Made by a program: the position numbers and the translations under genes. Below the pieces are notes generated by a model. That model worked only from the letters and a program-made list of their open reading frames with translations, ran no database searches and was not told the DNA's origin. A DNA stretch of 64,000 nucleotides. Source: Carcharhinus longimanus. Lineage: Eukaryota. Positions 50,681-64,000 of this stretch are shown here, one piece after another (position 1 is the first letter of the stretch; every line of letters starts with the position of its first letter). The DNA lies in contig JASCQW010000001.1 of NCBI GenBank assembly GCA_030264375.1, positions 51,273,566-51,337,565 of the forward strand, read 5' to 3'.

Positions 50681-53600
50681 TTGTCTACACAAGAACAAGA
50701 AATAGAGCACACGGACTTTTGGTCTGTTGAGCCTGCTCCACCATTCAATATGATCATGGCTGATCACACACTTCAACTTCACTTTCACACCCACTCCCCA
50801 TGCTCCCTGATTCCTGGAGAGACCAAAAGTCTATCTTTCCCAGTCATAAACAATAGAGCAGCCAGAACCCCCTGGGTTGGATTTTGCCATTAGTCTTAAT
50901 TGATAGGGAGAGCTGTTGCGCTGTGGGAGCTCATTCTAAGAGAACCTTAGCATTCTCGGTTTAAAAAGCAAAATACTGCAGATGGTGGAAATCTGAAATA
51001 AAAACAGAAAATGCTGGAAGTACTCAACAGATCTGGTAGAATCTATGGAGAGAGCAACAAGACTTAACATTTGAGAAAATCTGCAGGAAACAAGTTGGGC
51101 TGCTGAAGCCCTGAATCGGGAATGCCAAAGATATTGTTGGATATGGCTTTGTCTCAGAGTCCATTGCAAACAATAAACAGCCATCTGCATATAGAGACTA
51201 GGATATTAAATTTAATGCTGGGAAATTTCTGAATCATTGTCAGTTATTTGTGGAGAAAAGCAACTCACCTTTTTGAGTAACAGCAGTAAGCTTCTCTTTT
51301 CATATTTTATTTATTTGTTTTATTTGATTCTTTATGTCCATTGCAATTGTTCCTATCCCTCCCCTTTCTTATTTAAACAGATGTGCTTAAGGTTGTATTT
51401 TGTTCCTTTTTGGTTTGACTTCCATTAAGTTTTGGATCATGGGTTTTTGTTGAATCGAACATTCACTTAAATGAGCAAACATAATATTTAGCTCTTCCAA
51501 CGTTGGGATATGTATCCATACACCAAGAAGGTCACAGGTTCATTACCTTGTCTATGCTAGGTTCACTGGTGTTAGCTACCAAACAAATCTGTTGGACTTT
51601 AGCCTAGTGTTGTGAGACTTCTTACTAGGTTCACTGTTAGGCAGGGTAGGGAAGGTGTGGGAATGTGACAAGTAGCCACAGTACTCCCAAAAGTGAGAGG
51701 AATAGTTTTCCTTTTCTTGATTGCTATTCAGTTCATTTGATAGGAAAGTGCGCTTGTTTATTCATGTGAGTGTAAATGGATGTTAATGTCAGAGAATATA
51801 AATTCGTTTTTAATACCCTACAATGGCACAGAATTGTTTTAAAAAATATGTTCAGAAGCCAATCATTCCAAACCCCTGTTACACAATTTCTTTGCGGACA
51901 TAAGAGCAGAACTAATTGTTGACCCTCTCTGTTAACAATTGGTCCATGGCAGAGAAGGTAGGTGGAAATTAGAGGGAATATTTTGAAGCCAGAAGAAATT
52001 TCACACTTAGCTAATTAAAGAAGTGCATAAAATATTTTAATTCAGATGTGGAATGAATAGTTTTAGCTCTCAAGCAAAAATGAGTAGATAACCAGAAAGA
52101 ATTGTTTAGCATACCATTCACTTTGAGCTTGTCCATACTAAATCCTTCATGCCCTTCACAGATCCTTTGAAGACACAACTGTTTTACTATGCAGGGGACA
52201 TTCATCATGATTTCCTCAGGAATTGAGATAAAGGTTGCCATGTGATAGGACCAGCGTTTAGATAAGTACTTTCTGGTAACCTTCAGCACATAAAAGATAT
52301 CAGCATATCAAAGATTTAAACAAAACACTGTTTTAAATCCTCATTGGGAAAGTGCGTTCTCTTTTTGTCTGCGAATGGTTAATGATGATTGATTATTTTT
52401 TTCAGATTCGGTTCATATCACCTTAACTGCTGAAACATTAATTTAAAACAATTACCACATGGATAACTCTGACATATTTACTTTAAAAGTGTTTTTGAAG
52501 GAATTTCCACTTTATAATGTATGTGGAAGACCATCTTTGAAGATCTGTAATCTTTTCAGTAAACATCAATTTACAGACCATTTATTTAATTGAGTAGCAG
52601 AATGGTGAGAAATCTTTCTGGTTGCAAATTGTTCCTGACTGTATTATAATTATGAAAAATAATGTTGGATTTCTAAGTTAGCTTCATTAAAATGACTTAT
52701 CCATGGGTCTGCATTTACACCTACTTTGAATATTAAGACAAAATTAACAAACAGCCCCAAAAAATAAAGGTGTGACTCTTAACTTCTGAAAATATGTGAG
52801 TTGGGAGTTGGGTGAGATGTTAAACCTTAAAAATCGTAAACCCAACCACAACCTGGTGTGTTATGTATTTAAGTGATTGCATGATTATTTTAAGAGCAGG
52901 TCACATAACTTGATCATGAAGTGCTTCACAGGCTTTTGTCTTATTTTCAGTTCTACTCTACAAGCAAAAGCTCTGACAATAAAACTTACTGTAGTTAGTT
53001 ATTGAGCTACAATAGTGAAAGGATTTATGTGTACAAACCACATCTTTTCTTTTTGTTAAAAGCCCACAACCCCTAACATAGTTAGAACATTACAAAAATG
53101 AAAATTGGTGACGAGGACAGATTTAGTTTCATTGAGAACATCGCGAAAAGATGCCAAGAGAAAAAAAAATCCTCACACTTTGAATATTAGAAGGTAGGGG
53201 AAAATCAACAACAGGATTAAAGATTAAAGTGCCAGCGAAGAAACGCCAAGTAAGATTTTAAGAAAAGGTGAAGGCTCTCTATATGGCTTTAAAAGGTTTT
53301 TTTTTCCAATCAGAGAAGGATGAGAATCCAGGCAGTTTCTGGCATATTTAAAAAGAAAGAATGCATTGAAAATACATAAAGTCAAAGGTCTCCAGGTCAA
53401 AGAGGGGAGAATTGGGAAGACAGTTAACAAATACATACTGAGCAGCCTCAAGTCACTATTTTTTTAAATTTATTAGTGTCACAAGTAAGTTTATATTAAC
53501 ACTGTAATGAAGTTACTGTGAGTCACTAGTGCCTGCACGAGAAATGACAGGTCCATTAGGATCCATGGACCCTTTCAATGAAGAAGATTAATCATGGAAT

Positions 53601-55789
53601 TCCTATGAAAAGCAGTTCCAGTATTTAGTCCAAGCTAATAAAATTGCTCATGAGTTGCTCATTCCAGCTTTCCTCAGGACAATAGGAAGTAAAATATTCA
53701 ATTTGTTCTGGAGTTTGGTTCATCCAGCAAAGCCAGGAAGCAAAACTTCCAGTGACTTGACAAAGATCCTTGAAGAGCATTACTCTCCAAAGCCACAGAT
53801 CATCACAGAACTAAAGACATTAAATAGAAAAGCATTGCTCATTTTGTGACAACCTTAAAAAGGCTGGCACAACATTGTGAATTTGGTGAGTCATTGGAAG
53901 ATACTTCTCAAGACACTCTAGTTTGTCTCCAAAATGAGGTTATCCAAAGAGGATTGCTTACTGAGCATGTTTTGACTTTAAAGACAGCAGCAGAAATTGC
54001 AGTTGAAGGAACTGGCTGCTGAAGTGACTTCACAATTTGGTGTAGGAGTGAAGATCCACAAGTTGGGAATTGCCCATAAGAAACAAGCATGTCATGGATT
54101 TCCCAAAATGAGCAATTTCAGTGAGTGAATGCAGCAGCAAGGATAGTCAATGCAAGAATTGTGGCAAATGGGTCCCATTGCAAAAGCCTGTTGGGCTACA
54201 CCATCTTCCCCTGAGAAAACAATTAAGAAGAATCTGGGTACCTTCAAGAAGAACAAGATGCATTTTACAAAAATAATTTATAACATGGAAGAATTATGAC
54301 TGAAGAAAAGAATGTCCAGAAATACAATGAAGAGCTCCAATTGAATGCATTTATCCATACAGAGTGAATCACATAGATTCTGGATAATTCTAAAGTTAAG
54401 TGGACAATCCAATAGGGTGAGTGTTGATACTGTACTGCTGTATCTTTAATTCTGGAGACTACTTACCAACAAAAACTGAAGCATCTTCCTTTAAAACCAG
54501 CAGTTCTGATTTTAAGGATATATAAAGAGATGGTACCATTAAAATGTTACATCGTGGTCAACGTAGAGTTGAGTGGGCAAATGGAGTTGCCTCTCCATGT
54601 GGTGATGGTAATTTTCCAGGTCTATCTGGGAGATCATGGTTGGAGAAGATAAAACTTAACTGGAGTACTGTCAACAGACTGGTTGATGTCCAAACAAACC
54701 TATAACATCTTCTGGATAAATTCAAGAGTTTATTCAAAGAGACATTGGCTCAATGAGGGGAGTTCAGATGAAACTTAAGATAAAACCTAATAATCATCCA
54801 GAAAGTCTCAAAGCAGGAGCAGTACTAAATGGTCAAAGAGGAATTAGTATAACTTGTTAACATTGGTGTGTTAGAGCTGGTTACAATGAGTGACTGGGCT
54901 ACTTCCATCATAGAACATAGAACATTACAGCGCAGAACAGGCCCTTCGGCCCACGATGTTGCGCCGACCAATTAAAAAAGCAATGNNNNNNNNNNNNNNN
55001 NNNNNNNNNNNNNNNNNNNNNNNNNNNNNNNNNNNNNNNNNNNNNNNNNNNNNNNNNNNNNNNNNNNNNNNNNNNNNNNNNNNNNAATCAGATTCCCTCA
55101 ATCTGGATGGCCATAAAACATTAGACAGGGGTCGTGGGTGGAGAGGGGGACTGGTGGTATTGGGATGGCGGCGAGGGCTTGTTGGGCCGAAGGGCCTGTT
55201 TCCCGGGCTGATTTTGTTCTTTGTTCTTTGCTCTTTGTATAAATAGATATACAAAATATGGAAGACAAAAGGTTTTCCTAAAGTTACATGACACAGTTCA
55301 ACCCCACTGTGAGCATAGTTCCCAATTCTGGGCACCCAAAGGATGTGATGGGGAGGGCTAAAGGGAGTGGGAATGAGACGGTGATGGAGATAAGGGACTC
55401 AGAAACAGGAGCAGCATCGTGACTGCTCTCCCTGGTCCTGCCTCCCAACCACACAACCTTATGAGATATCTGTCCTCCCCTAATTCTGGCCACCTTGTAC
55501 GACCAAATAAACCTGTTGGACTTTAACCTGGTGTTGTGAGACTTCTTACCTTGTGCAATCCCAGGCATGATTTCTTCATCATTGGTGGCTGTGTTTGGAT
55601 TTACTCATTTCCCAAGCTTTGGAAGACACCTACTCCTCTCTGCCTCCCTCTACCTCTACAAAAAACTACCTCTTTTTTGGTCATCTAACCTCATACGTCC
55701 TTATCTGGCTCAGTGTCGTACCCTGTTTTATAACTGTCTTCTGTGACACACCTCGGGGTGTTTCATTACATTAAAAACACCGTAAATAT

Positions 55790-56090
55790 AAGAATCCCCA
55801 CAGGTCAGAAAGAGGCCATTTAGCCCATCGAACCTGCACTGACTGCAATGCCACCCAGGCCCATAACCTCAAGTATTTACCCTGCTAATCTCCCTGATAC
55901 TAAGGGGCACTTTAACATAGCCAATCCACCTCACCTGCACATCTTTGACCTGTGGGAGGAAACCAGAGCACCTGGAGGAAATCCAAGCAGGGGGAAACGT
56001 GCAACTCCACACAGACACCAGAGGCCAGAATTGAACCTGGGTCCCTGGCACTGTGAGGCAGCAGTGCTAACCACTGTGTCACTGTGCTGC
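55790..56090 (-). mobile_element. HE1/V-SINE-like SINE
   Basis: Full head gacacagtggttagcactgctgcctcacagtgccaggg. Confidence 0.85.
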
Positions 56091-57296
56091 CCAGTTAATA
56101 ATAATAAATTATTATTATTGAGCATATCCATATTCACGCAACTTAATTGATAATTTGGAACATCGACAATTGTATTAAATGCCAAAAAAATTTCTACTGT
56201 TAGTTACAGTATAAATAAGATTTTACCTTATTCAATACTGCTGTACATATTTTGAATGAATCGTACCTCTCTGGTATGTGTTTGTTTCTTGGGTTCTATC
56301 CCAACCTCACCATCTCTCTCCATTAACTCCTTAGAGCTCCTTCACAGCCATTGTTTTAAACTTAAGCTTCAGTTTGTAGAGCGTCCCAATTGGAACAATG
56401 ATCTGAAGACAAACCCCCAACACTGGCCTTCCAGCAAAGTACATCAGTGCCTGAAGAAACCTGACAATCCTCCCACCTCAGCTTAATATAGGTCTCCATA
56501 AAAACCTTAACATGGCTTTATGTTTCTGAGCTTATTAAAATTAAGACGTCAGTGCTGGGAATGAAATATTCTGGCACTCAGTGTCAGGCTCCAGCACTCA
56601 CAAGTCAGGAATTGCAAAGCCAGATGCGCAGTAAAGTTTTAGCTTATTTGATCCAAGAGATTTGTCTCAACTTCAGTCTCAAAAAAGCACCCATTCTGCA
56701 GCGGGGTGAGTTATTATCTCTATCTATCTGTGGCCTCTCCAGAACATACTAACTTGTGCGGAGTTATGGATGGTGTGGCCAGATGCAGCGAAAGGAAGGG
56801 AAGGGAAGGAAAGAACAATTATTCATCCTGTGTTTTGACATTCCAAAGTCCATCACAATCAAGGAAGTGCCCTTGCAATGTGGTCACTGTTGTAACACAA
56901 GGAGCACAATGTTTGCACTGCAAGCTTCCACAAAGAACTGTATTATAAATCTGTTTGAGCATTACTGGCCGTAACACAGGCCAATAACAAAGCCAGACTG
57001 CTTTTCTGCAAATAGTGGTATGAAACATTTCAAAGCCCCCACAGCAGCAAGGCCCTTGGTTTAATATCTCACCTGAAAGATGGTGGGATGAATTTTTCTG
57101 TACCGTCCGCCACGGGAATTGGAACAGGCAAAGGAGAGGTCCATTGGTCTCAGGCGGGATTTTATGGTTTTGGCCGTAAAATCCCACCCAGTGTCTCTGA
57201 CAGTGCAGTACATTATCGTATTCCTTATAAGAAAATCCTTAAGGAAGTAAATAAGAAAGATGAAGTATCAGCTGAGGTTATCTTTAGGATAGGTTA

Positions 57297-57604
57297 TGTG
57301 GCACAGTGGTTAGCACTGCAGCCTCACAGCGCCAGGGGCCCGGATTTCATTCCCAGTTTGGGTCACTGTCTACGTGGAGAGTCTGCACGTTCTTCCCGTC
57401 TTCACGTGGGTTTCCTCCGGGTGCTCCTGTTTCCTCCCACTGTCCAAAGATGTGCAGGTTAGGTGAATTGGCCATGTCAAATTTTCCCTCAGTGTACCCG
57501 AACAGGCGCCGGAGTTTGACGACTAGGGGGTTTTCACAGTAACTTCATTGCAGTGTGGATGTAAGCCTACTTGTGCCTAATAAATAAATAAACTTAAACT
57601 AAAC
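57297..57604 (+). mobile_element. HE1/V-SINE-like SINE
   Basis: Head ggcacagtggttagcactgcagcctcacagcgccaggg; tail aataaataaataaacttaaact. Confidence 0.85.
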
Positions 57605-58843
57605 TCATGCCTATCATGAAACAAGATGGTTCAGATTGTATTTGTGGTGGTTTTAAAATAACCAAAAATCCAGTGTGTGCTGATCAATATCTACTTCTGT
57701 TAATTGAAAATTTGTTCGCTGGGTTATCAGGTAGGTAGAAATTCAGCAAGATTGACCTTTCTCAAGCATATTTACAGATTAATGTAGTCGCTGAATCTCA
57801 AACATTGCTTATCATATTTAATCATAAAGGTTTTTTTCATTACAAAATGTTGCATTTTGGAATAACATCCACACCACCACAATTCCAAAAATCGATGGAT
57901 TAGATTCTAATTGGCATGTCTGGTGTACAATGTTACTTGGATGGTATTCTAATTAAAAGGTCCATTGAATAAGTGCATATAAATAATTTAGAAGCAACAT
58001 TGGAATGTCTTCAAGCACATGGTCTGCGTATCAAGATAGAGAAGTATGACATTTTTCAGACGTTAGTCCAGTATCTGGGTCATGTTATTGATAGTAAAGG
58101 CCTAAAGTACCTAAAAGGGGACACTATTTTAGAAGAAACACATTTTATGAATGTGACACAATTGAGGTTCTTTTAAGGATTAGTCAATTATTATGCAAAT
58201 TTGTTCCTAATTTTACTGAACATTACTGAAGCCACTGCATAATTCACTATGTGTGAAACAATCATGGGACTGAACAACGGAATGTGAAGAAGCACACAAG
58301 GATGTCAAAGATGTTTTGGAGAAATCCAAAGCATTGGTTCAGTTTAATCTGAAGCTACCATTGCTGCTTGTTTGTGACGCTTCACGTTATGAAGTATGGT
58401 CGTATTTTCACATATTATGCCTTCAGGAGATGAAAAACCAATAGCTTTTGCTTTGCATACTCTGATTAGTGTTGAATCTAACTATGTTCAGCTAGAAAAA
58501 GAAACATTGAATATAATTTTTGGCACAAACATTTCATCATTATTTATATGGTCGACATTTTACATTATTGACTGATCATTGACCCTTAACTATTATTTTT
58601 AAGATGCATAAAACATACCTTCATTAATTGCTAGTCAATTGCAAAGATGGTCACTGATCTTATCCGTACACTCCAACAATACAAAGTATTATCAGAATGC
58701 TATGCTAATGCTGGTGCATTATTACACTTAACTTTACCTATTGAGCAGATGGCACCTACTAGTTTTGCTAAAATTCTTTATTTTTTGCCAGTAGATCATT
58801 TGCTTTGACTGCTTCTGAAGTTCTGAGGCATATCAGAAATGAT

Positions 58844-61800
58844 ACATAGAAACATACGCAGAAAGTAGGAGTAGGAACAGGCCATTTGGCCTTTCAAGCT
58901 GCTCCACCATTCATTTTGATCATGGCTGATCATTAAATTCAATATCCTGATCCCACCATCCCCCCATATCCCTTGATCCCTTTAGCCCAAAGAGCTATAT
59001 AGAACATAGAACACTACAGCACAAACAGGCCCTTCGGCCCATGAGTTGCACCGATCACATCAATACCTACCAATCCATAGACCTATCTATAACCCCCAAT
59101 CCCATTAAATCCCATATACTNNNNNNNNNNNNNNNNNNNNNNNNNNNNNNNNNNNNNNNNNNNNNNNNNNNNNNNNNNNNNNNNNNNNNNNNNNNNNNNN
59201 NNNNNNNNNNNNNNNNNNNNAACCTATCGTCAGAAGGCATGCCTCCCACTCCAGGCAACATCCTTGTAAATCTCCTCTGTACCCTTTCAATATCTAATTC
59301 TTTTTTGAAATCACACAATGTTTTCACCTCAACTACTCTCTGTGGTAATGAATTCCACAGATTTATCACTCTCTGGGTAAAGAAATTTCTCTTCACCTCA
59401 GTTCTAAGAGGTTTAACCCTTATCCACAAACTATGACCCCTAGTTGTGGACTTCATCACTGGGACCTTATTTCTGAACCTATCCTGTCTAACCCTGTTAG
59501 AGTTTTATAAGTTGTATTGAGATCTCCTCACTCTCTTCTAAATTCCAACGAATATAATCCTAACTTAGTCTCTCCTCATATGCCATCCCAGGAATCAGCC
59601 TGGAAAACCTTCACTGTACTCCTTCTATAGCAAGATCATCCTTCTTCAGGTAAGGTCACCAAAACTGCATATAATACTCCAAGTGTAGCCTCAGTCATGC
59701 CCTGTACAATTGCAGTAAAACATCTCTATTCCTATACTCAAATCCTCTCACTATGATATCATTTGCCTTCTTTACTGCCTGTTGTACCTGTGCACTCACT
59801 TTCAGTGACTGGTACACGAGGACACCAAGGTCTTGCTGAGTATCCACCTCCCTCAATTTACACCCATTCAAATAATCTGCCTTCCTATTTTTGCTACCAA
59901 ATGGAATAATCTCTCATTTATCCACATTAAACTGATCTGCCATGCATATGTCCACTTACTCAGCCTGTCCAAATCACACCAAAGCATTTCTGCATTTCAC
60001 ACAGCTCACTCTCCCCCCCAACTTTGTTTCATTTGCAAATTTGAAGATAATAATTTAGTTCTCTCATCCAAATCATTAATATATAATGTGAACAGTTGGG
60101 GTCCTAGCCAGTCACTGCCCTATGGTACCTAGCTAGTCACTCCCCACTAATTGGAAAAAGTCCCATTTATTCTAACTCTTCGCTTCATGTCTGCTATCCA
60201 GCTTTCTATCCATCTCAAGATACCACCTGAAATCCCATGCACTTTCATTTTACATAATAATCTGCTGTGTGAGACCTTGTCGAAAGCCTTCTGAAAGTCT
60301 AAATAAACCACACCTACAGGTTATACCTGGTTAACTCTACAAGTTACATTCTTGAAAGAATTCCAGTAGATTTGTCCAGCATGATTTTCCTTTCTTAAAT
60401 CTATGCTGACTTTGTCTGATTTTACCACTGCTTTCCAAATGTTGTGCTATGAAATCCTTGATAATGGACTCTAGTGACTTTCCTACCAGCAACGTTAGGC
60501 TCACTGGTCTATAGTCCCCTGTTTTCTCTCCACCTTTTTTGAATAGTGGGCTTACATTAACTATCGTCCAATTTGTAGGAACCATTCCAAAGACCAAAAA
60601 AACTTTGGAAAATGACCAACCATGAATCTACTATTTTAAGGGCCACTTCCTTAAGTACTCAGTTAATGGTAGGATGTTGGGGAGAATTACAGGACAAAGA
60701 AATCTAGGGTACAGGTTCATAGCTCCTTGAAAGTGGAGTCACAAGTGGACAGAATGGTGAAGAAGGCATTCGGCATGCTTGGTTTCATTGGTCAGGACAT
60801 TGAATACAGGAGTTGGGATGTTTTGTTGAAGTTGTACAAGACATTGGTAAGGCCACACTTGGAATACTATGTACAGTTCTGGTCACCCTCTTATAGAAAG
60901 ACAGAAAAGATTTACTAGGATGCTACCAGGACTTGATGGTTTGAGTTATAACGAGAGGCTGGATAGACTGGGACTTCTTTCTCTGGAGCGTAGGAGGCTT
61001 AGGGGTGATATTATGTGGCCTATAAAATAATGAGGGGCATAGATCAGCTAGATAATCAATATCTTTTTCCAAAGGAAAGGGGGGCCCTAAAACTAGAGGA
61101 CATAGGTTTAAGATGAGAGATACAAAAGTTTCCAGAGGGGCAGTTTTTTTCACACAATGGATGGTGAGTGTCTGGAAAAAGCTGCCAGAGATTGTGGTAG
61201 AGGCAGGTTCAATTTTGTCTTTTAAATAGCATTTAGACAATTACATGGGTAAGATGGGTACTGAGAGATATAGGCCAAAAGCAGGCAACTGGGACTAGCT
61301 TAGGAGTTAAAGGGGGAGAACATGGACAAGTTGGGTTGAAGGGCCTGTTTCCATTCTGTAAACCTCTATGGGTATGACTCTAAACCTTACATGCAGAAGG
61401 AGGCATTTTGCCCATCAAGTCTGCACTGACAATTCCAGCCAGGCCATTTCCCCAAAGCCCCACATATTTACCCTGCTAATCCCTCTAACATACACATTGT
61501 GGAACATTAAGGAGCAAGTTAGCATGGCAAATCAACCTAAGCTGTACACCTTTAGACTGTGGAAGGAAACCAGCGCATCGGAGGAAACCCATGTGGACAT
61601 GGGGAGAATGTGCAAACTCCACACAGACAGTGGCCCAAGCTGGGAATCGAACCCTGCTCCCTCGAGCTGTGGGACAGCAGTGCTAATTACTATGCCACCA
61701 TGCTGCCGCAATGCTGACTGAATCCAGATCCAATTCCCTGCCAAAAATACTGAAGCCAATTTTGGCAGAGCCAATTTAGTTCTTCAAAACGGATTTATCA

Positions 61801-62862
61801 TCTACAAGTTTGTGAACCCAATCTGCTCTGGGCCAACCCTGTCAATCACAACAGGAGTACATCCACTGGAGATAGGATTTTCACCTGCCCATGACATCTG
61901 TCCCTGACTTATGGCCCAGCTTCAATTTTTAGAGACATGGAAACATAGAAAATAAGTACAGGAGTAGGCCATTCGGCCCTCCGAGCCTATACTACCATTC
62001 AATATGATCATGGCTGATTATGCACTTTCAAAATCCTGCTCCCGCTTTCTCTCCGTAGCCCTTGATCCCTTTATCCGCCAGGGCCATATACAGCTCCGTC
62101 TTGAACATATCTAACAAACTGGCCCCACAGGTTCACAACTCTCTGGATGAAGGAGATTTTCCTCATAAGAACATAAGAACATAAGAAATAGGAGTAGGAG
62201 TAGGCNNNNNNNNNNNNNNNNNNNNNNNNNNNNNNNNNNNNNNNNNNNNNNNNNNNNNNNNNNNNNNNNNNNNNNNNNNNNNNNNNNNNNNNNNNNNNNN
62301 NNNNNTGTAAGATGGGTACAGAGGGATATGGGCCAAATGCGGCAATTGGTACTAGCTTAGGGGTTTAACAAAAGGGCAGCATGGACAAGTTGGGCCAAAG
62401 GGCCTGTTTCCATGCTGTAAACTTCTATGACTCTACTCTGGGATGAAAATGATCAGCCCTGGAGATTTATCTGCCTTCAATCCCATTAATTTCCCTAAAA
62501 ACATTTCTCTACTAATACTGATTTCCTTCAGCTCCTCACTAAAACTTATGTTTTTCTGAACTTCCAGTCCATTATTCATATCTTCTTTTGTGAAGAAAAA
62601 ATCAAAGTACAAATTTAGTTCCTTAGCCATTTATTTGTTGCATTATAAATTCCCCCATTTCTGATTGTAAGGGACCTACAGTCATTTTTGTCAATCTTTT
62701 TCTCTTTACATACTTATAGAATTTTTTAGTCAGTATTTATGTTTCATGCTAGCTTATTTTCCTACTCTATTTTCCCCTATTTAATCAATCCCTTGTTCTG
62801 TCTTTGCTGAATTTTAAACTGCTCCTAATCCTCAGGTCTATTGCTTTTTCTTGCCACTTTGT
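58844..62862 (-). mobile_element. CR1-type LINE inserted in Gypsy pol, itself carrying nested CR1/SINE insertions
   Basis: TSD ATGAT 58839-58843 / 62863-62867; minus ORFs LKADKSPG, YRPVSLT, KGKSCWTNLLEFF, FFTQRVINLWNSLP. Confidence 0.88.
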
Positions 62863-64000
62863 ATGATCACATGATGGAGGAAGTGATGGATATGGCATTG
62901 AAAGGAACAATAGTTGGAACCCATTGCATGCATCCTGATTTGAAACCAATGTGTCCGGAAAACTTGAATTGACTGTCCAAGATGGATGTGGGGAATCTGT
63001 GTGATCATTCCTTCTAGTCTGTGTGAAAGAGTTCTTAAACAACTACATAAAGAACAACCTAATATAGTCCGGATCTAGGAATTAGCACAATTATTTTTGG
63101 TGACCAGGTCTGGATGCTCAGATTGAAGAAAAATTGGGACAGTCTCAATCCCGTGCACAAATAAGTAATACATCACTGTTGTCTCCTTTACACCATTGGG
63201 AGTGGCCTAAAATGCAGTGGCAATGGGGGCTTGCATTTGTTTTTGTTGGTCCATTTGAGGGTACATATTCTTAGTCATATTGATACACACTCGGAGAGGC
63301 TAGGAGTTATCATGAGATCAATTACATCTAAACAACCCATTGGCAAACTTAATGAAATTTTTGCAAGATTTGATGAACCACAAGATTGTTAGTGATAACA
63401 GTTCACAGTTTACTTTACAAAATCTCAATGTAAAATGCTATTCAGCATACAAAATTCATATTTTATCATTCATCAACCAATGGATTAACTGAAAGATTCA
63501 TACAATCCTTAAAGCATTCTTTAAAAACTTCAAGAGAGCAAGTTACAACGTCAAGTGAATAACTTTTTGTCACCTTATAGAAACACTACTCATGCCACTA
63601 TCTAAATTTCACCTGCTTTACTGCTCTTAAAGAGAAAATTGAGCACTATGTTTTATTTGTTATTACCTCCAGAAATTTCAAAGATAGTAGAGTGTCAACA
63701 ACAATCTCAAGTTGCTAGATGAGAAATGGGGACAAAACAATACTCATTTCAACAAGGAGATTTAGTATTAGCACGTAATTATGCCACGAGTGAGAAATGG
63801 ATACCAGCCATAGTTTTAGCAAAAACAGGTCCAATTCCTTACACAGTTCAAACTAAAGATGAACTAGGTGATGCTATGCTGACCAATTGTTGTCATCTCA
63901 AAATGATTTCTCAGAATCATCTCCAGAAGTACCAAATTCTTTAGTCCGTGTGTTGCAAATAGTATTACAGAGGACTTAGTTGAATCTGAGTTGCCTGATG

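Larger units (their letters stand above)
52859..64000 (+). mobile_element. Ty3/Gypsy LTR retrotransposon relic with nested insertions (runs off right edge)
   Basis: 5' LTR ~52859-53094, PBS TGGTGACGAGG 53106-53116, gag MTGPLGSMDPF.., zinc-knuckle remnant ~54150, protease VDT ~54423, RT FSKIDLSQAYLQI and YLDGILI, RNase H VCDAS and FTLLTDH, integrase region 63180-63650; many stops and frameshifts. Confidence 0.9.

Noticed and set aside
51262-51275. Minus-strand donor AAG|gtgagt as a distal PIGO or STOML2 exon
   Set aside because: No matching acceptor, ORF or promoter features; expected by chance
57297-57375. tRNA gene (A/B box-like sequence)
   Set aside because: Head of a multi-copy tRNA-derived SINE that continues into SINE body; no complete cloverleaf

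Overview
Eukaryotic genomic DNA, most likely from a shark (inferred from HE1/V-SINE-like, Deu-domain SINE, CR1 and Penelope-type repeats), with 12 N-gaps, most inside repeats. Two spliced genes lie in tandem on the minus strand. PIGO is complete: 10 coding exons from 49871 (or 49919) to 14781, all GT-AG and phase-consistent, giving 1103 aa from the 49871 ATG. FANCG coding exons 1-5 run from 11045 to 3377, and the gene appears to continue off the left edge. The rest is mostly decayed mobile DNA, including a Ty1/Copia relic in PIGO intron 8, a Penelope-like element in intron 6 and a Ty3/Gypsy relic with nested insertions upstream of PIGO (intron numbers follow the coding exons). I found no evidence for a novel multi-gene system. 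The best oddities are a ~220-bp intronic inverted duplication, a triplicated CTCF-like motif at the PIGO promoter, the Copia relic, a SINE tail forming part of a PIGO splice acceptor, and kb-scale multi-repeat blocks bracketed by target-site duplications (TSDs). Family assignments and human comparisons come from recalled motifs, not database searches.
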